Shown piece by piece: positions 1 through 14,575 of a stretch of DNA of 64,000 nucleotides. The translations under genes were made by a program, and so were the position numbers. Origin of the DNA: Paraspadella gotoi (Eukaryota > Animalia > Chaetognatha); assembly GCA_051294375.1 (NCBI GenBank), contig CM119265.1, positions 16,312,005 to 16,376,004 of the forward strand, written 5' to 3'. The notes under the pieces are model-generated. The model did not search any database and was not told the origin of the DNA. It saw nothing but the letters and a program-made list of their open reading frames with translations. Each line of letters begins with the position of its first letter. Position 1 is the stretch's first letter.

Positions 1-382
1 AAAAATGGGTTTTGAGGGGTGTTGAGGGGTCGAGTAAGGAGAATAGGGTGTAGAGAAGTCGAGAGGCAGATAGCGGGAAAACGGGGACGCGGGGAAGCGG
101 TGAAACGTCACTGCAAAACGATAAATGGAAATGATTTCAGGCAAAATGGGTTCACTTCAAAATGTGTGGAACGCTGAAAGCCCAATTCTTGAGACGAGCA
201 AAGTGGATGGAAATGAGAGGCCCAGGGACTCGCTATTCAAACTGAGGCAAAGTTTAAAGAAGAAGAGAAATTGGTTTTGGTAAAATCTCCTTATCAAGTT
301 GGTCTCTCGTATTGACACTTTGTTCTCCCAACCGAAACGTGGGTCGTTAGTTTCTTCGCGTGAATGACTCTCTCTCATCCAG

Positions 383-481
<99 letters not shown>

Positions 482-906
482 CAAAGGGAAGATTGGAACT
501 CGTTGATTCAAGGGTGTACGGTGTAATAACTAGGTAAGAGATTTTCGATTCAAACGAATTTTTTTTACTTTTATCATTTGCTAAGCGTGTCGCAATCGTT
601 TAAATGAGGTCATCTCATTTCATATCAAATAGCCTTTAAATCAGTTTTCCGTTAAATAGGTCTCGTCCGTAGTTAACTTTTTTTTGTTTGCTCTTTTAAT
701 TGGAATATTCAATTCCCAGTTCAAAAAGTTGTCGCCCGATTTAAAAGTTCGGCCCCCCCCAGAGACCTTGAAGACCATAAAAGCCGTTGCGAGCGATTGA
801 GTCAGAGAAAGTCGATGCAGCACTTAAGTTTTTAACGTTCGTTTCAACGGAAAAACAATTGGTTTTGGAACGAGAGTCAAAGAGAGAGAGAGAGAGAGAG
901 AGAGAG
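1..906 (+). repeat. Near-identical copy of ~4633-5537, probably a scaffolding overlap or alternative haplotype
   Basis: Collinear with 4633-5537, differing mostly by 1-3 nt indels and (AG)n length. The copy ends at the N-gap 907-931. Confidence 0.9.
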
Positions 907-931
907 NNNNNNNNNNNNNNNNNNNNNNNNN
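907..931. other. Assembly gap (N run); further gaps at 28897-28912 and 61013-61037
   Basis: N characters in the sequence. Confidence 1.
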
Positions 932-1043
932 CTCTCTCTTCTCTTTATCTCTCTCTTCTCTCTCTCTCACTTCTCCCCCCCACATTATTTATCTACGAGT
1001 TCATTCATCTTCGTTTCCAAAATTGACTCTGGCTCCGCCCTCC

Positions 1044-1080
<37 letters not shown>

Positions 1081-2728
1081 AATGAGTTTGCGACATTAGC
1101 GTTTCTTTTCTTTTTTGCGTTTTCGTCTCGCGACCTAATTTTCTCTCTCGTCGCTGCAATAAGTTTCTTTTTTTCCCACGAGTTCAGTTTTGTCGCTTCA
1201 TTTAATTCGGTGCAAATTTCTATTTTAGTTTATCGACGCCATTTTCGCGCCATTTCCTTTCTTCGCGACGTCCGGAGTTTATTTTTTAAAACGTCTTCTC
1301 GTCTTGTTTATTCAGTATTTTGCGGTCACGTACGAAAACAAAAACAAAAACATCGATAAAGAATCTGCGTTTCCTTCTTCGACGTTTCACCTTCTATTCT
1401 TTCGTCAACCACTCGTGGCGTATTTGTCGTAAGATTATATCATATCCGGTGATCTCAAAGCTCCGTTTCGATCCGTGACATATTTGTGACAGCACTCATC
1501 CGCGTCGTGTTCAACTGACGCCCTCACCCTCCCCCCGTCCACTCACACACTCAAAAAAAAAAAGAAGTGGGCTTAAATTCCCGCGTGCGACGTCGATCCC
1601 GAAAGGCGTCGCTGTCAAACCGATCAGCGCCGCGCGAAAAAAAATAATGGCGCTGTCGTCGCCAAGAATTCGTCGTCGCGGCGAACTCTGCGCTCTTCCG
1701 CTCATCAACGATGACGTCGCGACAAAACTGCGAGAAACTGACATTTTAATCTCCGAGAAAATTCGAGAGCGAACGCGCGTAAACTCCGTCGAAACTTATC
1801 AAACGTTGAAAAAATATAAGGACGACAAATAAAAACGAATTAAATCGTAGACTTAACGTGAAAGACGAACCAGCCGCCGTGGTCTTTCTCTTCATACCAA
1901 AGGCCGCTGCTATTGGCCCACATTTTTTTTGCCTCTGATGTTATTCAGCTCAGGATTTTTATCCGAGACGGCGCTTCGCTCTTCAAGCACGGTTTGGGCA
2001 GCGGCGCGAAATCGGTCGGCAGCTGCGGCCTAAAATAAAAGTTCGGCACCCGAATATGTCGACCTGAACCTGGGATGGTGGGCGTTTAGTGACAAAGCAA
2101 TATGCCTTCTTTGGGCCGTCGGGCTCTGAAAGGCAAGTATGTTGTCAGAATAAAAGCCTTCCCTGGCGGGTGGCAAGGGGAACGTGGGGTCACTAATAAA
2201 GATAGCCTATGGGGATAGGAAAAATTATATATTTAAGAGTATAGTTTGGGATAGTTGCTGTATTCAGAAGTATTGTTTGCAATAAAAATATTATTAATTT
2301 TTAAAATTTTTAAAACTATTTAAATATTTTAATATCTTAAACAAAATATAAAATTATTTTAATAATTATTAAATTAAAGAGCTAAATCTGGGTATCAGAT
2401 TAAATAAATAAATGATTAAAAATCTTTTCCCCCAGAGTAGACTTCCCCAGGGGTCAGCCCCTGCTATCGCCCCAAGGCCAAGCCTTTTTGAGCGACGGTA
2501 TATCTCCTGAAGGTCACTCCTATTCTGATCTCGGCTTGAGGCAACGACCTGATTTATCGGCGCCTGCTATGATGCCGGCCTTCATGTAGGCCTGAGCAAA
2601 GCTGATCACAGCTGTTGATTTCAAAGTCAGGGGAAAAAATTCTGCAACGATGAATGACATCAAGTTGAAACAAAATTTGCCTATAAAAAGTCCATCTTTT
2701 ATATTTATTTTGATTTTTATTTTTAAAG

Positions 2729-2917
2729 ATTTTAAAACGTCAAGCTTCGAGACGGATATAGTGAGTGAGTACTGGTTATTTTTTTTATTTATTTTCTAAG
2801 AATAATTTATTAATGCACTTCTCAGCCTTCAACTGCATTATTGATATTATTTTTGATATGAATAAAAAGGTCTCTCCCGCTGACGATCTATCTTCCTCTC
2901 TCTTTCTATTCTTTTCT

Positions 2918-2986
<69 letters not shown>

Positions 2987-3077
2987 CTCTAGTTCTGATC
3001 TGTTCTGCTGGGATTCCGGTTCGGGAAACGGGAACATGGCCACCGAGGATTTTGCGCACTTTGAGCTGCCTTGGTAA
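2729..3077 (+). other. Possible spliced exons of an unidentified plus-strand transcript (2729-2760 joined to 2993-3077)
   Basis: ttttaaag acceptor, gtgagt donor at 2761, and a long CT tract plus ag acceptor at 2992. The joined frame reads ILKRQASRRIYSDLFCWDSGSGNGNMATEDFAHFELPW*, with no recognised family. Confidence 0.3.
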
Positions 3078-3140
3078 TGGCCTTGGGGAAGGGGCCCTCG
3101 CTGAAATATTGATATCAAAGACTTCAAAAAGCTCTCTCGT

Positions 3141-3175
<35 letters not shown>

Positions 3176-3657
3176 CTCTAGCTTCAGCTTCGGCCATGGA
3201 TTTTTTCTCCCTTCCTCTCTCCCATGATTATTGTGTTCGTTTCTTTAAAAGGTACTTCGCTCATTCCTATTGTTTAGGTTACTTGACGTTATTGATGTTT
3301 TAAAATTTTACCGTTTTTCGTATATTTTTACCTCTGTAATTTTTACTCTTTCGTACTTCATCCTAATAACTCTCGATCAATGACCTTTTTCATTTATCCA
3401 TCTTTTTTGTTAGTCTCGTTCAGTGTAACGTTCTCTGCTTCCGCCCTCTTTTAAAATTAGCTACTAAGAAAGGCTTTGAGCTGAAGCGCGGCTTTTTCCA
3501 CTCGCCATGTTGCACTTGTATGATCTCCTCTTATCGTAACTCTCAGCACTTCGCTTAAGTTTCATCTTTGCTTTTATAGGTTTTTCTTTTCCTTATTTTG
3601 CTTCGCCCTCTTGGGGAAACTGGAAAAAATTATTATGCGCACTGGTTCTCTGTCTTC

Positions 3658-3821
3658 TTGTTGCCCGCGAATACTTGCGCGGAACTTTATAAGTCACTTT
3701 TGCGGTCTGTCGTCCGTCCGTCGTCCGTCCGTCTAAATTGCATATAATTTGCCTATAGTTGGTTGCTCATTTGTTAAGACAGAAAAAACCTCAAATCTAA
3801 GTGACTGCTAGCGGCGCCTTA
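3658..3821 (+). mobile_element. Non-autonomous Helentron-associated (HINE/DINE-1-like) element, diverged copy
   Basis: 5' ttgttgc...aactttataagtcactttt, a (GTCC)n microsatellite, then tatagtt.gttgctcatttgttaa...tcaaatctaag...gcctt. Collinear with the copies at 19531 and 57815. Confidence 0.7.
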
Positions 3822-5014
3822 AGGAAATCATCAAACTATAAGGAATAAAATACGGAATTCGATGCAGTGCGTTTCATAAATACACTCGATTTCACTCTAG
3901 TTACATCAAGATGTTTTTTTGTTTTTTCTCAGTTTTCTTTTCTTCTTTCCTTCCCAATTTACTTATCATTTCACCATTTGTTCTTATTTATATTTATATC
4001 TCCACCCCTCCTCCTCCTTTTTTCCAATCCTCCTCTTCCTCCTTTCCTCCCAACTCCGTTTGGTTGAAAGCTTTGAATGGAAGGCAAAGGATTTCTTCCG
4101 CCTCCTCTCCACTTTCACTTCCGCAAGGAAACATTTTCTCTCACAACAGATCGCTTATCGTTCATTTTCTTCCATCGAATCTCGTTTAATATGTTTTACG
4201 ATTCAGAGACATTTCTTAGTTAATAGAATTTAGTTGAATGTAAATATTTTGTGCTAAGGTTATGTGATAGCTCATGAAAATGATGGCGCATCGTTCTTCC
4301 GAGCCGCAAGCAGTTCACTTTCATAAACGACGATATTGTGCCACAATGTCATTCCTATTTTATTATCGTTTATTCTTTTCTTTGATTTTTTTTTTCGTGT
4401 TTAATCTTCACATTTTACATTTCCACTTTCATTTTGCTCTTTTTTAACCTTTTGTCCCGCGTGGGGACTCGTCACTCGTTCGAACGCTTTTCTTTTTCTC
4501 TCTTCACTTTTTTTTTCTTCTCGCATCTTACACATTCAGCGACTCTGCCTTCTCTTTCCAGTTGCGCGACTTTTTTCTGTCAAAATCGGACATTTTTTTT
4601 TTGTTTCAGCGACGCTTATAGAAATTCTGTGGAAAAAATTGGTTTTGGAGGGTGTTGAGGGGGTCGAGTAAGGAGAATAAGGGTGTAGAGAAGTCGAGAG
4701 GCAGATAGCGGGAAAACGGGGACGCGGGGAAGCGGTGAAACGTCACTGCAAAACGATAAATGGAAATGATTTCAGGCAAAATGGGTTCACTTCAAAATGT
4801 GTGGAACGCTGAAAGCCCAATTCTTGAGACGAGCAAAGTGATGGAAATGAGAGGCCCAGGACTCGCTATTCAAACTGAGGCAAGTTTAAAGAAGAAGAGA
4901 AATTGGTTTGGTAAAATCTCTTATCAAGTTGGTCTCTCGTATTGACACTTTGTTCTCCCAACCGAAACGTGGGTCGTTAGTTTCTTCGCGTGAATGACTC
5001 TCTCTCTCTCTCAG

Positions 5015-5095
<81 letters not shown>

Positions 5096-5499
5096 AGGAG
5101 AAAAGATTGAACTCGTTGATTCAAGGGTGTACGGTGTAATAATAGGTAAGAGATTTTCGATTCAAACGAATTTTTTTTACTTTTATCATTTGCTAAGCGT
5201 CTGTCGCAATTCGTTTAAATGAGGTCATCCATTTCATAGCTCAAATAGCCTTTAAATTGCAGTTTTCCGTTAAATAGGTCTCGTCGTAGTTAACTTTTTT
5301 TTGTTTCGCTCTTTTAATTGGAATATTCAATTCCCAGTTCAAAAAGTTGTCGCCCGATTTAAAAGTTTCGGCCCCCCACCAGAGACCTTGAAGACCATAA
5401 AAGCCGTTGCGAGCGATTGAGTCAGAGAAAAGTCGATTGCAGCACTTAAGTTTTTAACGTTCGTTTCAACGGAAAAACAATTGGTTTTGGAACGAGAGT

Positions 5500-5542
<43 letters not shown>

Positions 5543-8418
5543 GAGAGAGATTAGAAATTGGGAAAAGTTAGGCTTTCAAACGTGAAATTCACCAGTACAA
5601 TTTTGCTTTTTGTTTGTTTTTTTTTTTAACTTTTTTTTTAATCTCTTGGTTTTATTTTCCCCCAAGTTGGAAATTCAAATGGTTTTGGTTTGAATCGTTT
5701 TTTGCTCTTTTCAAATTCTGTTTCTAATTGGATTTCTCGTCCCCTCAGAAAAGAACTTGGCTCGATTTCTCAGAAATGCAAGAAGGCATCTCGTGTCATC
5801 CGAGAATCTTCCTTGACGCGCTCTCTATTAAAAATAAACAATAATAAACAATGGGAAAGCGATTGAGATATTCTCCAAAATTCCCGACTCCTAAATGTCC
5901 GCCTAACATGAACTATTTCAACTTTTAAAAAAAATATTAAAATCGGTGTTGCGGTTGGACCCAAAAAGAACCAAATGAGATCAAAGATCATGTTATAACA
6001 TTTACCAAAGGGATACGACCACTTGTTTATAATTCTCATAACTCTCCGTCACGTAAACCCTTAATGTCTCGTCCAGAATTTATATCATTTTTCGCGGTTG
6101 TAAATCTTACAAATTGCATTTGTCGTTGAGTTTTCGATGATTGACTTGTGTTGGTCTTCCTCGTCCTCATTGACGTCGTCGTTGCAATAATTACAGGTTT
6201 CTTGGTCGTTGTAGTTGCCAACGGGGAAAATGAAAATGATCCCACTGTACGATGAAAGTTGACTATTTCCGCGACAGACGACTTTGGTCATGAGTAAATT
6301 ATGTTGATTATAAACAAATTAAAACTTGGCTCAACCTTAGCCACCATAAACGCCCTAAAATGTGAATAATTCTTTGTAATCGTTTCAATCTTCCAATCAA
6401 AAACTCATTACGAAATGATGATATTCTCCAGCTGAGAACTCGTCTCGAACCGGGGTCCACTCGATCGCGGCACATACATGCGTCGTCGGAGGCGTTTTTA
6501 AGTCGTCGACCTTTTCTTCTTCTTCTTCGTCGTCGTCGTCGTCGTCGTCTTTTTATCGACGAGTTTCCCGTCAACTCCCTCTTTCGAATCTTGTCCTCGA
6601 TCGGATCGACACCCCAAAAAAATTATGTCGAGAGTGAAAAAAAAAATTTATATTTGCTTTTTTACTTTGAGTTTAAAAAAAATTGATATCGGGAGAAAAA
6701 AAAACTTGGAGCGATAAAGTTGGAGGCAAAAGCAGCTGATTTTATTTGAACATTTTCGGTCACGTTTATTTTAGGCAAGTTGGTTTTTAATTGGGCAAAA
6801 CCCCGTCGAGCAAAAAAAAAATGGCTGCGCGGAAGAAAGGAATAATAAAAAAAAAGAAAAGACTAATTGGATAATGGATGTTGAAGTTGATGCGGCAAGC
6901 CGTGTAAAATAAACCAAAGTTAAACTGGCCATGGCAATATAACTATGAGACATTTTAAAATACATATTTTTTACGGGTGACATCAAAGCATAATTGAAAA
7001 ACGGATCATTGTCGTTTTTAAGTTTTTGTTAATTGTACAAACCCGTTCTATTCTTTAGTCTAACAACTGGTCTATTAATTTCAATTTAGTATTAGATATT
7101 GTTATTTATTTATTTTCTTCCTCGGGTCTCTCCCGACGCTATTCTTTTGACAAACATACTTACCATTTTCGACTTCACCCCTAATTACCCTCACGCTCCC
7201 CTATGCTGCCGACGAAACGATTCACGGCGCAGACGTGGGGGAAAGTGCCACGCGATCGCGAGTCACGCGGCGTGACAAACGTGACCGGCGCAATTCCGGA
7301 GACATTTCCGGTTTCCGGACGATTTCTCTTCCTTTTTCCGATCCTCGATCTCACGTCCACCTTTTATTGCGTCTCTCGGTCTAAAGGGAAGGTCCTTTGC
7401 CGGAAAAATGAGAACATTTCACTATGGGGGGAAAGAGAGGTTTTATCGCGCTTTGCAGTATTTCTTTATCCAGAGAATTTAAATTTAATTGACTGAAAAC
7501 TCAGCTTGCTTACCAGATGTAATGATTTATCTTAAATTTAAAAAAAAAATCTCCTGTAATATAAACGAAAAGATCGTATTTATTTTAATTTAACTTAAAC
7601 AATTCTTCGTGCCCGAGAGTCAATCGTGACAATTCAATAAACCGGAAATTAAAAATGTCTCATTCTTGAATATAAACGGAAATTGCAAATGCGTCTCTGT
7701 TTTTGTTGGTTTTTTTTTTTTTTTTTTCCTTTCGTTTTCCTGTTTTTCTTAATCTTATCTCAGTATTTTTTCTCTTATTTTTTTGTTTTTTCCCGTCGTC
7801 CGTCCCTCGAGGTCTTCGTTTTCTTAATTTTTTTAAAGTTTTCCTTTTTAAAAAAATTTAATTAGTGTTTAATCATGTTTAATCACCCGACGAGACGCGA
7901 GGAAGGTTGATTTTTGATGTTGCAGTCGCTGTACTTGAAACCCTATTGGTAAGTTGCTCATTTTAACGCTAAGCTTTCAATTACTGGGCCGAAATAAACA
8001 AAAAAAATTGTTTCTTTATTTTCGTGGGGCGACCTTTTGCGCGACTCGCCAAATTTCCGTTAGAGCCAGTGGCGTCTTTTCCGATGGTTATTTAGGGCAA
8101 CGATGACGACGACGAAGACGACGAGCACTAAGGTTTCAAGTCACTTTCATGACCTTCAGAGAGAAAAAGGTCAAATGGGTCAGTTTCATTATTCCGAAGC
8201 CCGCTGTCGAACGGCAGATGGTGGTGATTGTTTGAGGCTGTTGTTTCCGTTGTTTTTGTTTTTGCTGGCTGCCGTCACCTCTTGTTGCTCTTTCGTTTCA
8301 TTCTCTCGTTGCTGGCGTAATTTAATTGTTTTCTTTCTTTTTCTTCCCTCTTGAGAATTATTTTTCCTTTTTTAAAAGGTTTTTAGCCTAGCGAAAAAAA
8401 GAAAGGAAAGAAAGATAT

Positions 8419-8520
<102 letters not shown>

Positions 8521-9826
8521 AAAGAAAGAGAGTTAAATTCTCTCTGGCTAAGACTCCTCGACCGAAGCCTCCATCAATTTCTGGAAACAAGCCCCAAGGG
8601 TTTTGGCTCGGCTACCAAGAGCCCGAATAGAATTTTTGCATTAAATAAATTATTTAATATCGCGGGGAAGGATATAGAGTTTGGGGAAACAGAGAGAGGA
8701 GGGCCGGGGGGAAGAGAAATTATTTTAAAATTACAAATTTCTCCATTTTTGCAGATACCCAGATATCCAACGACACTGTAACTTTTTAAAAATTCATTTC
8801 TCATTAATTAATAAAGATTAAAATTTTCTTGAAACTGATAATCAAGTGTTCTGTTATTTCGGAGTCAGCTTTTTATCAGTCTTATGATTACCAGGAACAA
8901 ATTTGACTTTTAAAGAATCATCAATGAAGATCTTGCTGTATTATTCTTATGAAGGTTCAGTAGGACATGTCCAAATCATTCCAACAGTTCTTACAACATC
9001 TAAAAGGGTTTTCTTTAAGAAAATTTCTCAAATACTAAAGTTTATACTGTATTGTAAACTGTCCCCTGTTGCCCTACATGTTGACAAAAACCTGCCCAGC
9101 ACTCACAAAGAACATATTTCTGTATAAAATTGTCCACGGTGAGACTGTTTACAATTTTTCATAAAGTCTGGATTATGTTGAGTAACAAATTTTTTAATAG
9201 TTTAAGAATATATTTTTTTTTTTATCCTTTCTTCGAATTCCTCCCATTTGGGAACTGCCCAGTAGCAACAAAAAATAACTATCCATAAAACCGTCGATAT
9301 TTCTGCTCATAATTTTTTTTGGAACGAACTCTTAATGTACATGCATCTGTAAGCAGTGATTTTTTAAAAAGTTACATTTGGATATCTGGGTAACTTAGAT
9401 GCGCAAAATAATGACGGATATCTCTTGGATGTTTACCAATCGTTCGTCTGGAGAGGAGACGAAATCGTCATTTGTGATTCCGCTCTGAAATTCAGCTAAA
9501 ACTATTTGAATTACTTGAGTTAAAATGACATCGAAATTTAAAGGGGGAAAGTGAATCGAGTGTCTTTTGTCATCGATTTGGAAACGAGTCAGAGAGAAAA
9601 ATGGAAAGGGAAAAAAGATGGCATCCTTCAATATGACAAATATTATCAGATATAAATTGATATCGATGAGAAAGGATGACATTTAACATAAAATAACAGG
9701 GAACAAAAGGAGGCATTTCTTGTCATTCTTCTGAGTGATGACGAACAAATTATCGGAGTCGTCAATATCACAAGTTGTTGAAAGTCTTCTCTTCACGTCG
9801 TTGATAAAAGGTTTTACTCCGTTTCC

Positions 9827-9902
<76 letters not shown>

Positions 9903-12643
9903 TCTCTCTCTCTTCTTTCTCTCTTTTTTCTTTTTTTTCCTTCTCTCTTCCCCCCTGCGCACAGTTATCCAAATGGACTAAATTTCCGGATAAACCTCTC
10001 TTTTTTTGTCAAAAACTACTTTTTCTCGTATGCTGATTATCATAGAAGCCCTCTGAGGTTGTTGGAAAAGTTTCAAATGTTTAAGATTGATTTGAAAAAA
10101 TATGGAAAAAAAATTCATTAACCGACAAATTTGGTTCTTAAAGATATTATTTATGGTGGTTGAACGACTTTTGATTTATAATTTTGATATTTAAAAGAAA
10201 TTGACCTAACTTAATATTTTTTTTATATTTATATTATAAGTAATAGGTGTATGTTTGCTAAATATAAATCTTTAATTTAATCTTTTTAAAAGTGCGCTAA
10301 GCAAATTAAAATGGGAAAATCGATCAAAGAAAAGAATCATATGGTAATTTCTGAAGAATATCGAATTCTTTTTTGTTATTTTTTGAATGAAAAGCATTTT
10401 TTGGATTTCTCAAAATGGCGGACGAATGTGGATGAGATTAAATTGATAACTGATTAGTGAGGGCAGTGATTTCTATTCGGGTATTTTCAAACAATAGAAT
10501 TGAACTTATATAACTATTATTTCTTTTTTTCCACTGATTAATATAAAAACACCGCTTTATTTAAAAAAACGGTTGGCTATAGTTATTTTCTCCTTATAAC
10601 ATCGAACTCACTGGGTGAATTTCTATGCTTTCAAAATACGGTAAGACATAATTTCTTTACCTTAAGATGAAACTAAAACGATTTTTCATGGTAAGGGCAA
10701 CTTTTAAAGATTAAAATTGCTCGTCAGATCTATCACGTTTTTTAGATATACTACAGATTTAGGCAAAAAAACGGCACGCTATATTTTAAAACTTTTTTCC
10801 ATTTTTTCCACTATTTTTTTCTCTCTTGAACCTTCTCTCTGTCCCTCTTCTTTCTCTCTTTCTCTCTGTCTTTCTCTCCCTTTCTCGACTTTTCTGTCTT
10901 CATATTTTTCTGTGTCATCCATTCTTTTCTTCCTTACCTTTATTTCTCTTCTCTCTATCTCTGCTTTTCTCTCCCTCTCTGATTCTTTTTCTTCCCTTTT
11001 CTTATCTTTTCTTTTCTCTTAATTGTTTTCGTTTTCCCCCTTCTCGCCCATATATTAATTTCTTTCCACTCTTCTCTCTCTTCCTACAACTTTTTTTTCA
11101 CACATGCTCTCTCTTCTCTTATCTATTTTTATTCTCACTCATTTTTTGCATTTATATCATACTGGATGTATAAAAATCTTTAAAATGTATTGTAAGAAAA
11201 AAATCTTGGGTAGCGTATGATTTTATTCAAAGTTTGGTTGCCTAGCAGATTTAAAAAATCGACAGATTTTTGCGGAAATTTTTCCGCAAAAACCTGTCGA
11301 TTGAGAGAAAAAAAATTACTGACCTCTTTCCATTACATAAAAGAATGCGGTTTTTTTAATTTGTTAACCTTAGTATATTTCTCATCTATTAAAACTATAA
11401 AATAAGTCAAAAACCGAGTTTTAGTTCAAATAAAACGCACCTCACAAATCCCACAAATTAAAAGTTGACTTAAAAATTTAATTTCTGCAAAACTATTAAA
11501 TTTTTTGCCCTAATTTTAGGTACCAGAAGCACCGTTGAAAGGGAATATTTGATTAGATTTGTGGACATTTTGAAGTATTTTCGTTTAACAAATTGTAATA
11601 AAATGTAAAAATGTAATTTTTTTACTAGTCAATTTAAAAATTAATTCATAGGCAAACAATGGATGACCAATGGCAAATGAACCCACTCAGTGGTAAAGAA
11701 GATAAGAATTACCCGAAATCCGGAGTAAAAAAAATTTTCTTCAATGATCTTGACGTTCAAATCTCAAGACAAAAGTCAAAATGGACAAAAATGGACATAA
11801 TTTTTTTATTAAAGTTGCAAAAATTATAATCGATTCTTGATTAGAAAAAGCAGCAGATGATTTTAATTAATCCGTAGTTCAGCCCACTTTGTCTTAGGGT
11901 TCAAATTTAATCAAATTCTGTTGATAATATTCTAGCAATATTGCAAAAAGTGGTTTTTTTTGCTGAATTCCTCGATAGAAATCACTGCCTGAGAAGATGT
12001 ATCATTAAGAACTAAATCTGGTTGATTGAAATCGGCTGAAATTCGATGAGTTTTTACTATGTTTTTATATCATACATAGTAACATATTATGAATATCTTT
12101 TTTTTATTTGTTAACAAACTAGACAAAGTGCTGATACCATAACAAAGTCAAATAATTTTTCTCTTCCACCCATGTGGGTGAAAAAAACCTCTCAAATACT
12201 CACCCGAAATAGAGATTTGCTTATAACTTGAGAAAGAATAATTTTTGGAAACTGTTATCTTACCTAAGTCTTCGTAGCATTACTATGGAAAGACTGAATA
12301 GGTATTTATGCCCGTATGTTCAAGTGTCTTTTATCCGGTTTTAATTTTTTTTTGGATCACTGTGCTGCGCTCCAAACAATACGAACTCGATCACCGATTC
12401 CGCTCGAGCCAGAAAAGATCGCAAAGTTGAGAGAAGAAAACTGTTAATTGTCACGAGTTCAATAATATTTGCTCTCGCGTGATTAAAATGTTTGGGTGAT
12501 CAAAAATAAACGTGATTTTGAAGAAATTTTAGAGAAGACAATAATTAAATAAAGAAAATTAGTCTCATCACATGTACTTTTAATAATTATATTATTAATG
12601 GAAACATCGGCAAAAAAAAAAAGGCCAGACTGAGAAGCCATTT

Positions 12644-13249
12644 TCAGACGTCGAACATCCAGCGTCTCGAAAGTGACGAGTCTTCGTCGTCGTCGTCGTA
12701 GTCGTCATAGTCGTCGTCGTCGTCATAGTCGTCGTTCATTCTGCGCCACTGTACTCTTGGCCTCAAGAAATCGTCTTCTCCATCGTCGTCATCCTCGTTG
12801 TTGTTGTTATTGTTGTTGTTGTCGTTGTCGTTCCTCTTCCTCCTCCCGCCTTCGCTCTTCCTGTTCTCGTTGACGTGCTTCTTGACCTTTGGCTTGGCTA
12901 CCCTGGGCACGTCGTCGATCGGCCCGTCCGGCTCCTCGTAGCCCTCCTCGGGGATCGTGGGCGCGGAAGCTTTAACCTCCAAACTCGAGATGGTCGTCAA
13001 CGTCAGATTGGCCACGCCCAACTTTAGCAGACGGTCGTCGACGGCATCGTCGCTAGTATCGTGTTCCTCCGGCATGGCCGCCTCGTCGGCGTCCTCGTCC
13101 ACTTCCTCCAGCATGCCGAGATCCGGCGGCGTTGACGGAGGCGGAATGACGCCGGTGACGACGCCGCTCATGCCGAAGGCGTCAGAGGAGGAGGGAGAAT
13201 CGCCGGGGAGAACGGAGTTGGATTTGTGGCGAAAGCCTTCAGGGGAATT

Positions 13250-13336
<87 letters not shown>

Positions 13337-14542
13337 AGGGAGGGAGGGAGAGAAAGGGAGGGAGGGAGAGAGGATAAGGTTGGGAGGAGGAGAAAGGCGG
13401 GAATGGAGACATTTTTTGGAAAAATGAAAGTGGGCAAAAAAAATTGTCATCAATTATGACAGTTTCGAGAAAAAAATATTCTTCTTGTTGATTAAGGTGT
13501 CGATGTTGCTCAGTTTGATGTTTTTCTTTTTTTATATATTTTTAGTTTTTTTGTTACAACTGTTTGTTTTTGTTTTCCTTTTTCTTTTTTCTACCTCCGG
13601 CCTGAGGCTTCGGTGTGTCTTCCTCCAAGATGTAGAAGGACCCTCGGAGACTGCTACGCTCATCCGCCTCTTCCATAACGGGAAACTCGAATCGCTCGTC
13701 GCAGACCCAAGCGGCGTCCTGGTGGGCGACTCGAACTCCCGCCGCCGAACCAGCGAACCCTTCGCCCTTCCATTTCTCCGCCCCCACCGTGTAAGGAAGG
13801 ACGGGTTCCTAAGTTCGGTGGAAAAGAAACCAAATTTTTTTTTTTATATCGCGATAGTTATTTTCTCTTTCGATTCTTGTTTTCTATGAACTCGGTAGTT
13901 GGTACAACCAATATAAAAATTATCCATTCATTTAATAAATAAGCTATCTGGCCCCTGACTTTGGACAGGTTTTGGTGGTTTAAGGCCTCCATCACTCTTA
14001 CAAGATAATGACCTAGCAGGTCCCTTCAAGCTTTCAATCAAGACTCGCATTCTCGTTTATTCACTCCCAGTCTTTTTCTCCTCGTCTATTTCGATTCTCC
14101 TTCTTTCCTCTCTTCTCCTGATACTCTCTCTCTCCCCCTCTATCCCTCCCTCCCTCTCTCTCTCTCTCCTTTCTCACCAGATCCCAATAAAGATCCTTCA
14201 TGAGCTCCGGATGTTCGGCGTGCATGTTGTCGACGATCGAAAATCCCAGATCCATGTTGCGATCGATGATGACGTTGAGTTCGATGTCGTCGTCGTCGTC
14301 GCCGTAAGGGTTCACTATCACCTCCGCCACCTGGAGGGGGGGGGAGGGAAGCACCGAGAAGGGTTAAGGGAGGAAGGAAGAGATTCAATGGAAAAAAAAT
14401 GAGGACGAGAAAAGACGAGAAAGAGACAGAGTGTTGTAATTTAATGAAGACGAATTGAGTGGGAGAAAATTGGATCGATTCCCGGGTCTCAATTAGATGA
14501 GTCCGTAGTGTGTGTGGAGATAGAGAGAGAGAGAGAGAGAGA

Positions 14543-14575
<33 letters not shown>

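Noticed and set aside
2038-2066. aagttcggcacccgaatatgtcgacct resembles part of SRP (7SL) RNA
   Set aside because: No Alu domain upstream and no helix-8 GGAA/AGCAG motif downstream.
1-5537. 900-bp direct duplication as a real segmental duplication or LTR pair
   Set aside because: The differences are mostly small indels and one copy ends at a scaffold gap. There are no LTR termini or internal retroelement ORFs, so an assembly overlap is the best explanation.
5770-6574. Minus-strand ORFs of 68-89 aa including an Arg run
   Set aside because: The frames do not join, the Arg run comes from (CGT)n/(TCT)n repeats, and there is no family motif.
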